Part shown: positions 18,701-30,020 of the stretch, piece by piece
How positions within the stretch are numbered: the stretch's first letter is position 1
Layout of the letters: every line of letters starts with the position of its first letter
The notes under the pieces: generated by a model
What the model saw: the letters and a program-made list of their open reading frames with translations, nothing else
What the model was told of the DNA's origin: nothing
Databases searched by the model: none
Program-made: the position numbers and the translations under genes
Assembly: GCA_041166285.1 (NCBI GenBank)
Contig: JBEEFR010000043.1
Coordinates: 1-47,268, forward strand
Length of the DNA: 47,268 bases
Reading direction: 5' to 3'
Source: Actinomycetota bacterium
Lineage (GTDB): Bacteria; Actinomycetota; Acidimicrobiia; Acidimicrobiales; JACCXE01

Positions 18701-19663
18701 CGCCACGAACAGCACGCCGTGGTCGTACGCGTAGTCGACCGCCTTTTGCGCGAAGCCCGTGTGGTTGAGCGCGCCGAGCGCACTCTGGATCACGCTGGCG
18801 CCGTTGTCGGTGGCGTACACGGCCGCTTCGGCGAAGTGATTCGAGTCGGCGACGAAGCTGTCACCGACCCGCATCTCCATCAGCGTGCAGTTGGGGCACT
18901 GCGGGTCGAGCTTGGTTCCCGTTTCACCCGCCGAGTCTTCGGACTCGCCCGTGCCGTGGCTGTAGTCGACGTCGTCGTTTGGGTCGTTGTCGCCTTCGAA
19001 GAAGTCCCAGCCGGAGATGTCGTCGACGTAGCCGTTGTTGTCGTCGTCCTTGCCGTCGGAGAAGGCGCGGATGATGTCGCCAGGATCGATGATCTTGTTC
19101 TCGTCGTACGGGTTCTCGTGGACGTGCGCGTCGTGCGCGTAGTCGGCGACCGTGAACACGCCGTCGCCATCAGCGTCGTAGTCGGCCACGCTGCCGCCGC
19201 GCCCGCCGCCGTTCGGCTTCGGCAACTCGCCGCGGTTGAGCGCGAACTTCTTCATCAGCTCGGGACGGTCCTCGTCCCAGCGAATGCCGCTGTCGGTCAC
19301 GGCGATGACCGTGTCGGGACGACCGGTCGTCGTCTCCCACGCGCGGTTGGTCCCCGGCCCGCGCACGCCGAAGAACTCTTGGGGGTTCAGGTTGACGGCG
19401 GGGTCGTAGTCGTCGTCGCCCGGTACCGACGCGTAGTCCGAGAGTTTCCACGTGCCCCGGCAATCGAAGTTCGCCGGGAGGTCGCTGCCAACCGGACGCG
19501 GCTGCCCGGTCGCGACGCCCGCGCACGTCCCGTGGTTGATGTGGAGACGTGAGTAGTCGTAGACGCTGCCCGGTTGCGCGCCGTACGGAAACACGGCGTG
19601 CGCGGCGCGCGGCAGGACTCCGAGCAGCAACACAACGACAACGCCCCACCGCCACAGCTTCAC
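15710..19663 (-). CDS. S8 subtilase-like protein with FG-GAP/Ca-binding repeats and LPxTG anchor
   Basis: Signal peptide, IAVTDSG, SHGT, DDDNNGYVDD, many D.DGDG..E repeats, C-terminal LPRTG followed by a hydrophobic helix and RRVMRH. Confidence 0.85.
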   Translation of the reverse strand: MKLWRWGVVVVLLLGVLPRAAHAVFPYGAQPGSVYDYSRLHINHGTCAGVATGQPRPVGSDLPANFDCRGTWKLSDYASVPGDDDYDPAVNLNPQEFFGVRGPGTNRAWETTTGRPDTVIAVTDSGIRWDEDRPELMKKFALNRGELPKPNGGGRGGSVADYDADGDGVFTVADYAHDAHVHENPYDENKIIDPGDIIRAFSDGKDDDNNGYVDDISGWDFFEGDNDPNDDVDYSHGTGESEDSAGETGTKLDPQCPNCTLMEMRVGDSFVADSNHFAEAAVYATDNGASVIQSALGALNHTGFAQKAVDYAYDHGVLFVASAADESAGHHNQPSALNHAMVVNSVTHAVDQVQHPATWLAFNGCTNFGGYIWVSVASSSCSSDAVAQSAGMAGLVYSAARNAVQKGVIQPDASGKPISAEEAKQLFRLAAQDIDFSTPKPPGPPNNFATSLPATTRFVTTAGWDQISGWGRIRSDDLVRLVAAGHIPPEADISSPRWWEPLAAKGSVKVTGRVAAPRADHFTWEVQYAPGVQPPRWPATETWTTVKHASASAPVAGTLATINLAEVRAAIDSAVPPYTRADDPTARSLPEKDAFRVRVVVKTGDQPWQTAIAQHQAFAHDDPGLVAGWPRFLDGDGAGSPAFEDLDNDGRDELMMGDGNGYVHAYKADGSEAAGWPVHTRPIALRSSGKNGFTRGDVPKTVYAAILTGAPVVADVDGDGAPEVGVADIEGDLHLWHHDGTSVHGFPVRGNRAYSYETSCNVVLHARCDDDGPADARDHLNTVGRAFTSQPAAADLDRAVPGLELIAGSNDGHVYAWHADGSPVAGWPVLLRDPTKVKAVDPVTHRVTYNDNAGAHFGRKVLATPSVGDVDGDGNLEVAVNVNEEYEETPNTVDPVAQVVSAVVTPGNTRTYLLHHDGTAHPQTAATAATPNPDDQAYVAGWPVAIAMLDLELLPYVGEGSNGTPTMADVDGDGKFEIGTASIGGPAYLLNRDGSSHYGARNGKYVTAATTQPGPGSTASDLPSVASLGGGVFGRVGSNRVDFAMGATGTRRLLDVVIPEQQLLAEDHLSMWNSSSGAFDPGFPAQMNDLQFINTPVILDVNGDGKAEVLQASAMYDLAAYGANGLPVAGFPKFTGGWAVASAGAGDMDGDGKLELALATRDGNLFLWRTGGNVCQANEWPKNGHDLRNTGAYGTDADRPGTPSITSVTPADGGVVVSFTPTGDDGKCGAARTYRVSAGGASVDVPAGTSTVHLASIGGATKVFVRAIDESGNVGFAATYALPTGVLPRTGGGDEAKTVAIVVVALALVVRRVMRHA

Positions 19664-19715
19664 AACGCCGTGACTTTAAGCCTTTTGTAAGAAGCTCGTC
19701 CTTTTTCGGGCGCTG

Positions 19716-21317
19716 CTAGTTCGAGGGCGAGTCGACGAACACCGGCGGCACGCCGCCGAGGCCGAGTTCAGCGGCGTTTTCCGCAGCGGCGGCGGGACCA
19801 GCGGCCGCGCCGTGCTGCTCGATGTTGTGCGGGAGGAACCGCCAGACCGCCACCGCGGCAATCACCGCCAGCGTGGCGCCCGTCAGCGCCGTCCAATGGA
19901 TGCCCGAGACGAACGCCCGCTCGGCGGCGTCACGCAAGGCGAACGCGGTGGCGTGGGGAAGGTGCTGCGCCGCTTGCAGCGCGGTGCCGAGCGATGTCTT
20001 CGCCGCGGTGCGGTCCGCAGGAGCGAGCCGGCCGAGCACGCCGCTGATTCCCGAGGAGTATCGCGACGCGGCGACACTGCCCAGCACGGCGACGCCGAGG
20101 GCGGCGCCGAGTTCACGCGTGGCGTCGTTCATCGCCGATCCCGCGCCGGCACGCCGCGGCGGCACCGCCGACATGATCGCCGCGGTCATCGGCGACATCG
20201 TCAGCGCAATCCCGCCGATCAGGAGCACGAAGCACAGCAACACGTAGGCGTAGGACGTGTGCACCTGCAAGAAGGAGAACGACGCGAAGCCGCACGCCAC
20301 CAAGGTCATGCCGCCGGCGACGGTGCGGTTCGATCCGAACCGGGCGACGATGCGCGGCGTCTGTGGCGCGACGATCATCATGATCGGCGCCATCGGAAGG
20401 AAGCGCAGCGCCGCCGAGAACGGGCTGTAGCCGAGGATGAGCTGGAAGTACTGCGTGATGAGGAACATCACGCCGAACATCGACAGGAACATCAGCACCA
20501 TGCCGCCGCTGGCGGTGGTGAACGCCGGATTGCGGAAGTACGCCATGTCGAGCATCGGTTCGTCGACGTGACGCTCCCACTGCACGAAGGCGAACAAGAC
20601 CGCGACGCCGAGCCCGAAGGCCGCCAAGGTCGACGGCGCCATCCAGCCGTGCTCGGGCGCCGAAATCAGCCCGAACACCAGCGAGACGATCCCGACGATG
20701 GACAACACCGCGCCGACGGGGTCGAGCTTCTGCTCGTGCGGATCGCGGGACGTCGGGACGAAGATCACGCCGGCGAGCAAAGCCAAAGCGATGATCGGCA
20801 CGTTGACGAGGAACACCGATCCGTACCAGTAACGCGCCAGCAGCCAGCCGCTGGCGATCGGCCCGATCGCCCCAGCGCCGCCGGAGACGCCGGCCCAGAT
20901 GGCGATCGCCTTGGCGCGTTCGTGCGGCGGGAACACGTTGACCAGGATCGACAACGTCGACGGCATGATGAACGCCGCGCACGCGCCCATCAGCAGCCGG
21001 CAGGCGATGAGCTGCCACATCGATGTCGAAAGCGATGCGAGGCCGACGCCCACGAGGAAGCCCAGCAGGCCCAGTTGCAGCGCGCCCTTGCGGCCGAACC
21101 GATCGCCGATCGCCCCGGCCGTGAAAAGCAGCCCCGCGAAGACCAGCGAGTACCCGGCAACGACCCACTGCAGTTGTGAGGTCGAGGCGTCAAGCTTGCG
21201 CGACAGCGTGGGTATGACGACGTTGAGGCTCGAGTTCCCGACCGTGACGATGAGGAGGCTGAGACACAGCACGCCCAGCGTCCACCACCGCCTGCGGTCG
21301 AGGACGTCGTCGTGCAT
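19716..21317 (-). CDS. MFS drug:H+ antiporter (DHA2/EmrB-QacA type)
   Basis: LQWVVAGYSL, GAIGDRFGRK, MPSTLSIL and RELGAALGVA motifs. Start MHDD lies 6 nt after -10 CATACT. Confidence 0.92.
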   Translation of the reverse strand: MHDDVLDRRRWWTLGVLCLSLLIVTVGNSSLNVVIPTLSRKLDASTSQLQWVVAGYSLVFAGLLFTAGAIGDRFGRKGALQLGLLGFLVGVGLASLSTSMWQLIACRLLMGACAAFIMPSTLSILVNVFPPHERAKAIAIWAGVSGGAGAIGPIASGWLLARYWYGSVFLVNVPIIALALLAGVIFVPTSRDPHEQKLDPVGAVLSIVGIVSLVFGLISAPEHGWMAPSTLAAFGLGVAVLFAFVQWERHVDEPMLDMAYFRNPAFTTASGGMVLMFLSMFGVMFLITQYFQLILGYSPFSAALRFLPMAPIMMIVAPQTPRIVARFGSNRTVAGGMTLVACGFASFSFLQVHTSYAYVLLCFVLLIGGIALTMSPMTAAIMSAVPPRRAGAGSAMNDATRELGAALGVAVLGSVAASRYSSGISGVLGRLAPADRTAAKTSLGTALQAAQHLPHATAFALRDAAERAFVSGIHWTALTGATLAVIAAVAVWRFLPHNIEQHGAAAGPAAAAENAAELGLGGVPPVFVDSPSN

Positions 21318-21337
21318 CCCATGAGTATGGCGCAGTC

Positions 21338-21366
21338 TGACTTCTGACACAAACTGTCAGAAGTCA
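21338..21366. promoter_or_regulatory. Palindromic operator, probably for the adjacent TetR
   Basis: Perfect TGACTTCTGACA-N5-TGTCAGAAGTCA between divergent MFS and TetR. Confidence 0.85.
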
Positions 21367-21387
21367 CTCTATGCTATATTTTATTCC

Positions 21388-21981
21388 GTGGGCACTGCGA
21401 GGGGTCTCCGGGAACGCAAGAAGGAGCGCACCCGCGACGCGATGTTCCACACCGCGCTCGACCTGTTCGCGGCGCGCGGGTTCGATCACGTCACCGTCGA
21501 AGAGATCGCGGCTGCGTGCGACGTGTCGCCGCGGACGTTCTTCCGCTACTTCGCGTCGAAAGACGACGTGCTGTTCGCAGAGGGCGACGCCCTGCGCGTG
21601 CGGCTGATCGAACTGATCGACGCGCAACACGAGCGGGCGTCGGCGTTCCAAGCGCTCGAAGCAGCGCTGCTCGAAGTCGCCGCGCACTACGCCTCGCAGG
21701 GTGACATGTTGGCGCAGCGCCGAAAGATCGTCGACGCCACGCCTTCGCTGCAGACGCGTTCGGCCGAGAGCAAGCAGGGCTGGGAGGCGGAAATCGTCGC
21801 CCACCTCCGCGAGTCCGGCCGCGCCAAGCGGATGTCCGATCTCGACCTGCGCCTCACCGTCGCCGTGTGCACCGACGCTCTGCGCACCGCGATCGACGCA
21901 TGGGTCGCCTCCGACGGGGACAACCTCGTGAAGCTGACCCGCGGCGCCTTCCGTCGTCTCCGTGCCGGGTTCGACGGCTAG
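21388..21981 (+). CDS. TetR-family regulator
   Basis: GLRERKK..TR, GFD.VTVEEIA, VSPRTFFRYF.SKDD. Confidence 0.93.
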   Translation: MGTARGLRERKKERTRDAMFHTALDLFAARGFDHVTVEEIAAACDVSPRTFFRYFASKDDVLFAEGDALRVRLIELIDAQHERASAFQALEAALLEVAAHYASQGDMLAQRRKIVDATPSLQTRSAESKQGWEAEIVAHLRESGRAKRMSDLDLRLTVAVCTDALRTAIDAWVASDGDNLVKLTRGAFRRLRAGFDG

Positions 21982-21991
21982 ACAGGCAGAC

Positions 21992-22774
21992 GTGCTGATC
22001 CTGCTCTCGCCCGCCAAGTCGCTCGACTACGACTCGAAGCTGCCGACGCGCAAGTTCTCCCAGCCGCGCCTGCTCGAACACTCCGTCGAACTGATCGAGG
22101 TGATGCGCAGCAAGTCGGTCGGCGAGATCGCCGACCTGATGAGTATCTCGCTCGAGTTGGCGGACCTCAACGCCCGCCGGTACGCCGAGTTCGAGCCGCC
22201 CTTCACTCGCGACAACGCGCGCCCCGCGGTGTTCGCGTTCGACGGAGACGTGGCGCGCGGCATGAACGCCAAGGAAACCTTCACCGAGCGCGACCTCACC
22301 GAAGCGCAGAAGACCGTCCGCTTTCTCTCGGGCCTCTACGGCGTACTGCGACCACTCGACCTGATGCAGCCCTACCGCTTGGAGATGGGCACGAAGCTGA
22401 AGACGTCGCGCGGCGACACGCTGTACGACTACTGGGACGCCGTGATCGCGCCGACGCTCAAGGCCGATCTCGCCGAATCACCGGGACCGAACGTCGTGAT
22501 CAACCTGGCGTCGGGCGAGTACTTCCGCTCCGTCGACACCCGCGCCCTGGACGCGACGATCGTGAGCCCGCGCTTCCTCGACGAGGCCCCCAACGGCGAC
22601 TACCGGATCATCTCGTTCTCGGCGAAGTGGGCGCGGGGCGCAATGGCCGCCTGGCTGGTGCGGAACCGAGTGCGCTCTCCCGGCGCCGTGCGCGACTTCG
22701 ACGTCGCCGGCTATCGCTACGACCCGGCGCGCTCGACACCGTCCGAGCCGACCTTCCTGCGCCCGCGAGCTTGA
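21992..22774 (+). CDS. yaaA: Peroxide stress protein YaaA (DUF328)
   Basis: MLILLSPAKSLD, LSGLYGVLRPLDLMQPYRLEMGT, NLAS.EYF, K.ARG.M. Confidence 0.93.
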   Translation: MLILLSPAKSLDYDSKLPTRKFSQPRLLEHSVELIEVMRSKSVGEIADLMSISLELADLNARRYAEFEPPFTRDNARPAVFAFDGDVARGMNAKETFTERDLTEAQKTVRFLSGLYGVLRPLDLMQPYRLEMGTKLKTSRGDTLYDYWDAVIAPTLKADLAESPGPNVVINLASGEYFRSVDTRALDATIVSPRFLDEAPNGDYRIISFSAKWARGAMAAWLVRNRVRSPGAVRDFDVAGYRYDPARSTPSEPTFLRPRA

Positions 22775-22812
22775 CTGTGTAACGCTGTACGCGTCTCGGT
22801 GGGGAGGCGCGT

Positions 22813-25419
22813 GTGGGGTTCGGCCGAGGGCTCTGGCGTTTTCTAAGCCACAACTGGTCCTTGCTGGTTGTCGCGATCCTCGGGCTGTCGCTGCCGCGCA
22901 TCGCCCACGACTACAACGGCTTGCAGACGGCGAGAACGTTGCGCGAGTTCGTCCACGTCCTCGCGGGCACGACGGCCGCCAGGGCCATGCGGGCGGTGAA
23001 CGTCGACTTCGTCTTCGCTGCCACGTACGGCGTCGTCGCGCTGGCGTACGCGTGGCGCGTCAAGGCGCGGGGATTGCGCATCGTCGCCCGTCTCGCCGGT
23101 GGCGCCGTCGCTGTCGGTGCTGTCTTCGACGAAGTCGAGAATTGCCGACTTCGCGACACCCTCCGCCATCTCCTCACCATCGACGACGAAAGCGTGCGGC
23201 GCATTTCGAGCGTTGGCGCCATCAAGCTCTGGCTGGGGTACGGCGGCGGCGCAGTTCTGCTGACCGTGTTGCTGGCGGCCTGGCTCGGCAAGGGAGGAAC
23301 CATGTCCATCGACACCCGACTCTTCGCGCTCCGCGAGCGTCTTCTCGGCATCTCGACCAAGGCGCGCCGCTGGACGCTGCTCATCGGCGCAGCGTTCATC
23401 GCCGTCCTGCTGGCGATCATCCTGGCGACCCGTCCGCCCCTGTCGACGACGTTCGTGTTGGCGCTGCTCATCCAGCTGTCGCTGTTCCCGTTGCTTGCCC
23501 TCTATCGCGTCGAGGTCAAGCCCGGCGGCTCGTCGTGCGTGGCGAAGCTGCACGACAGCATCAAGCACCACCCGGTCGTCAGCGCCGTCGTCGTCGCCGG
23601 CGTCGTCATCGCGGCCTGGGTCCTCGGCGCCCGCCAAGACCGCGGCGTCCTGATCTACGCGGCCGTCGCCGCGGGCTACATCGCCGTCAACGCGTTGGGG
23701 TCGCGATGGCGGCGCGATCCCAAGCGATCACCGGGGACGGGGATGACGATGCTGCGCGTCGCCGCGGTCGTCGGCATTGCCTCGCTCGTCGTCGCCACCG
23801 TGAACGCCGACGAGCGTTGGCTCATCCCTGCCGGTCTGGCGGTGGTGGTCCTGTTGCCCGCGATCGGATTTTTGGCCGAAGACCGAGCCGGAGCGGACAC
23901 AGATCTTCCGGTGACGAGGGCCGCCTGGGGTGCAGCGGCCATCGCGGCGGGTCTTGCATTGCTGAGCCTCGCCGACATTGGCGCGGCGCAGGCCGTGATC
24001 GGCACGATCGTGCTGGTCGTGCTCGTCGTTGCGGTCGCCGCGAACACCGCGCACGACGCGGTCATCGTGCTGCTCGCCGTCACGCTGTTGTGGTCGCTCA
24101 ACCCGAAGCCGGGGCCCGACGAGCGCGACCACGATCCGAAACCGAATCAGAACGTCATCGTCACCATTGGCGACTCGTACATGGCCGGCGAAGGGTCCGA
24201 CACGTTCTTCCAGGGGACGAGCCACGACCACGGCAAGGACAACAACACGTGCCACCGCGCCCCGACCGCATATCCGTTCAAAGTGCAGGAGATCTTGCGC
24301 TTCGACAACAAGAAGCTGGGCCTGCTCGACGTCGCCTGCTCGGGTGCGCGCACGAAGAACATCACGCGGGAGGCCCAACACCCGAGCGAGCCGGTGTGGG
24401 TGTGGTCGGCGGGGCGCCGAGAACAACCGAACCACGGCGCCCATCCCCAGACGCAGCTGGCCCAGGTCGAACAGGCCATCAGGCTGCGGCATCTTCATCC
24501 GAAGCTCGTACTGGTCAGCGTCGGCGGCAACGACGCGCTCTTCAGCACGATCGGCGCGACATGCGGGCTCGCCGGGGACTGCAGCGTCATGGGCCAGGAG
24601 TTCCTCGACAACCTCGACCCGACGGTTTCGCAGGACAAGATCGACGCGGCGGCGCGCAACGGCGAGGAACCTCCCGGCGTTCGGCTCAAGGTCCGCGACG
24701 CCTACGGCGAGATCAAGCAGGCGTTCCACAAGGACGGCGAAGCCGACCCGCGCATTCTGGTGGTCCCGTATCCGATCCCGGTCAACGAGGCCGGGTGTCG
24801 GCTGTCGGTGTTGCGGCCGAACGAACACCGTTTCATCACCGGTTTCGCTCGCGCGCTCGACCAGGTGCTGAAGGACGAGGCGACGCGTGAAGGGCTTGAC
24901 TTCCTCGACCACGGTCCCGACGCCTTCACCGTCGCCCGCAAACGCATCTGCGACGTGGCGCCCTCGAAGGCGGCCGCCAATCAACTGGCGGCGAGTCCCG
25001 TGCAGGGCTTCTTCCTGAAGCGGGCGCTGCCGAAGAGTTGGTTCCACAGCACGTTCCACCCGACGTCCCTCGGACACGAACTCATCGCGCGCACGATCGT
25101 CGACTGGGTCAACGACAACCCGCTCGGTTCGGCTGCACCCCCGCCGCGTCCCGACGTGGTTCCTACCGCCGTGCCCGATATCGGCGGGATCATGGGCAAG
25201 GGCTTTGACTTCTGCGGGTCAGCGATCCGGTCGCCCGCCACGTGTCATCTCGATCGCGCAGCGTGGTCGGCGGGCGCAATGACGCGGCTGCTGTGGACGA
25301 TCTTGATTGCGATCGCGCTCATCGTGTGGGGCGCGCTCGAGTGGGCAATCGTCGTGATGCGACGCTGGCGTTTCTGGAAGCGCCTGTACCGAATTCTCTA
25401 CCCGCTGGGGTTGGCCTGA
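22813..25419 (+). CDS. Polytopic membrane protein with SGNH/GDSL hydrolase domain
   Basis: Many N-terminal hydrophobic helices, then GDSY, CHR, ACSGA, SVGGND and FHP..GH, followed by a C-terminal TM helix. Confidence 0.8.
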   Translation: MGFGRGLWRFLSHNWSLLVVAILGLSLPRIAHDYNGLQTARTLREFVHVLAGTTAARAMRAVNVDFVFAATYGVVALAYAWRVKARGLRIVARLAGGAVAVGAVFDEVENCRLRDTLRHLLTIDDESVRRISSVGAIKLWLGYGGGAVLLTVLLAAWLGKGGTMSIDTRLFALRERLLGISTKARRWTLLIGAAFIAVLLAIILATRPPLSTTFVLALLIQLSLFPLLALYRVEVKPGGSSCVAKLHDSIKHHPVVSAVVVAGVVIAAWVLGARQDRGVLIYAAVAAGYIAVNALGSRWRRDPKRSPGTGMTMLRVAAVVGIASLVVATVNADERWLIPAGLAVVVLLPAIGFLAEDRAGADTDLPVTRAAWGAAAIAAGLALLSLADIGAAQAVIGTIVLVVLVVAVAANTAHDAVIVLLAVTLLWSLNPKPGPDERDHDPKPNQNVIVTIGDSYMAGEGSDTFFQGTSHDHGKDNNTCHRAPTAYPFKVQEILRFDNKKLGLLDVACSGARTKNITREAQHPSEPVWVWSAGRREQPNHGAHPQTQLAQVEQAIRLRHLHPKLVLVSVGGNDALFSTIGATCGLAGDCSVMGQEFLDNLDPTVSQDKIDAAARNGEEPPGVRLKVRDAYGEIKQAFHKDGEADPRILVVPYPIPVNEAGCRLSVLRPNEHRFITGFARALDQVLKDEATREGLDFLDHGPDAFTVARKRICDVAPSKAAANQLAASPVQGFFLKRALPKSWFHSTFHPTSLGHELIARTIVDWVNDNPLGSAAPPPRPDVVPTAVPDIGGIMGKGFDFCGSAIRSPATCHLDRAAWSAGAMTRLLWTILIAIALIVWGALEWAIVVMRRWRFWKRLYRILYPLGLA

Positions 25420-25420
25420 G

Positions 25421-27756
<2,336 letters not shown>

Positions 27757-27760
<4 letters not shown>

Positions 27761-28155
27761 GCCTGCGCGATGCGTACCAGGTTTCCTGAAGGGTCGCGGA
27801 ATGCGCAGTCACGCGCGCCCCACGGTTGGTCGGCCGGCTCCTGCAACACTTCGGCTCCCGAGGACTGCAGCTTCTCGAACGTCGCGTCGAGGTCTTCGGC
27901 CGTGAACACCGCCGCCTGCAACGACCCTTTGGTCACGAGTCCCAACAACGCGTCTCCTTCGGCGGGCGACAGGCCCCCGTGCGGTTGGAACAACACGATG
28001 CCGAGATCCTGGCCGGGCGCACCAACCGTGACCCATCGGAACCCGCCCTGCTCGACGTCCATGCGGACCTCGAGGCCAAGTGCGTCGCGGTAGAAGACGA
28101 GCGCTTCGTCGGGGTCGTGCACGGGGATGAACATGGTGGAAACGGTGACTGCCAT
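27757..28155 (-). CDS. VOC/glyoxalase family protein
   Basis: FYRDALG, RWVTVG, QPWGARDCAFRDPSGN; ATGA overlap with the UvrA-like gene. Confidence 0.92.
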
Positions 28156-28203
28156 ACGGCGACCATAAAACCACCGATGCGCACGGCGCTTCTCCGAAAC
28201 TGC

Positions 28204-28599
28204 TCAGCGGCGGGGTCGGGTGAGCACCTTCGTCATGCACGACGGGAACTCGTCGATGTCGCCGTGATCGCTGGCGCGGTACTGCGATGGCGTCTCGCCG
28301 ACGATCTCGGTGAACCGCGAACTGAACGACCCGAGGGACGTCGCGCCGACCGTCATGCACGCGTCGGTGACCGACATCCCTTGGCGCAGCAGCGCCTTGG
28401 CGCGTTCGATGCGCCGTGTCATCAAATACGCGTACGGCGTCTCGCCGTAGGCGGCGCGAAAGCGGCGCGAGAAGTGCGACGGCGACATCAACGCAGCGCG
28501 CGCCATAGCCGGCACGTCGAGCGGCTCGGCGTAGTTGCGGTCCATGAAGTCCCGCGCCCGGCGCAGGTGCGCCAACTCGGCCATGTCCTCGGGCGTCAC
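28204..28599 (-). CDS. Single-domain AraC-family regulator
   Basis: LRRARD.MDR, MSPSHFSRRF, RRIERA, SLGSFSSRF. Confidence 0.92.
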   Translation of the reverse strand: MTPEDMAELAHLRRARDFMDRNYAEPLDVPAMARAALMSPSHFSRRFRAAYGETPYAYLMTRRIERAKALLRQGMSVTDACMTVGATSLGSFSSRFTEIVGETPSQYRASDHGDIDEFPSCMTKVLTRPRR

Positions 28600-28682
28600 G
28601 TCAACCGGACGAGCCCGGTTGCGCTGGAACGCGCTCTCGCCGCAAACTCATGCGGCCACGCTACGAGGTGTGGCGAAGTTGG

Positions 28683-30020
28683 CTAGCCGTTCTTCGGGAG
28701 TTCGTTGAAGGGCAGACGCGAGAGGTCGCCGGGGTCCTTCGGCAACCCGAGGGCGCGCTCGCTGACGATGTTCTTCTGGATCTGGTCGGTGCCGCCGAAG
28801 ATCGGCAGCGCCTGCGCGCCGAGTGCCTGACCGGTGATGGAGTGCGCAGTCGTACCGAGCGGTGCGTCCTGCAAGGTGGCGCGCTGCTCGTCGGTGTACG
28901 CGTGCAACATGCCGCGGGCACCCAGCAGCTGCATGCCGAGGTCGCGGTTGAGCCGGAGGATGTCCGCGGTCAACAGCTTCGAGAAGTTCGGAAGACCGGG
29001 GATCTCGCCGCCCTTCGCGCGCACCGCCTTGCCGCGCTCCCCGTTGAAGCGCGCCAGTTCACCGAGGATGTGCGCCTGCGCGAGGCGCTGGCGGATCGCG
29101 GGGTCGGTGTTCTTGCCGACTTCCTTTGCGAGGTTGATGTACAGGCTCGCGGGCGACGTGCGCTCGCGCTTGCCTGAGCGCGCCCCCGCCTCGCGCGGCG
29201 CGCGAACGAAGTCGCCGGCGCGCTTGCCGAGGTCGTTGGCGATCGTGCCGGCGCGCGCCATCAGGCCCATGCCGCCACCGACGCCAGTGCCGGTGCCGCG
29301 CTGCATGCCCATGCCGGACCGTTCGTGGAACAGCGTCGTGTTGGCGACGGTCCAGCCGTCGTTGAGGTCGCCGATGCGGGCGTCGTCGTTCACGACGGCG
29401 TCGGTGAAGAACACTTCGCTGAACATCGTGTGGCCCGTCATCTCTTTGAGCGGACGGACCTCGACGTGTCCTGGCTGGTGCATGTCGAAGGCGAACCAGC
29501 TGATGCCCTGGTGCTTCGGAGCGGTCGGGTTCGTGCGCGCCAGCAACATGCCCATGTCGGCCATGTGGCCGCCGGACGTCCACACCTTCTGGCCGTTGAT
29601 GATCCAGACGTCGCCGTCCTTGACCGCTTTCGTCGTCAGACCCGCGAGGTCAGACCCCGCGCCTGGCTCGCTGAACAACTGGCACCAACCGATGCGTCCG
29701 CACACGGCGTCGGGGATGAAGCGCTCGATTTGTTCGCGTGTGCCGTGGGTGGCGATCGTCGGCGACACCAGCGAGATACCCATCCCCATCGGCGCGCCGA
29801 GCGCGCCGTGTTGCGCGATCACGCTGGCCGCGATCATCGCCTCGGGCCGGCTGAGGCCGCGCCCATAGCTCTCGACGGGCAGCAGCGGCGCCGCCCAGCC
29901 GCTCATGCCGAGGCGCTCCCACCACTCACCGACGGTGAGGTCCGGATTCCAATTGTCCTCGAGAAAGCTCTTCAGTTCGTCGACGAACGAGGCGGACGTA
30001 CGTGCTTCGGTGACGGTCAT
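28683..30020 (-). CDS. Acyl-CoA dehydrogenase
   Basis: [34 protein letters not shown]. Start MTVTE overlaps the upstream stop (ATGA). Confidence 0.92.
   Translation of the reverse strand: MTVTEARTSASFVDELKSFLEDNWNPDLTVGEWWERLGMSGWAAPLLPVESYGRGLSRPEAMIAASVIAQHGALGAPMGMGISLVSPTIATHGTREQIERFIPDAVCGRIGWCQLFSEPGAGSDLAGLTTKAVKDGDVWIINGQKVWTSGGHMADMGMLLARTNPTAPKHQGISWFAFDMHQPGHVEVRPLKEMTGHTMFSEVFFTDAVVNDDARIGDLNDGWTVANTTLFHERSGMGMQRGTGTGVGGGMGLMARAGTIANDLGKRAGDFVRAPREAGARSGKRERTSPASLYINLAKEVGKNTDPAIRQRLAQAHILGELARFNGERGKAVRAKGGEIPGLPNFSKLLTADILRLNRDLGMQLLGARGMLHAYTDEQRATLQDAPLGTTAHSITGQALGAQALPIFGGTDQIQKNIVSERALGLPKDPGDLSRLPFNELPKNG

Noticed and set aside
5922-19552. Long antisense or alternate-frame ORFs (e.g. 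5922-7709, 13614-15350, 17210-19552)
   Set aside because: Arg/Ala-rich, motif-free shadows expected opposite real genes in high-GC DNA.
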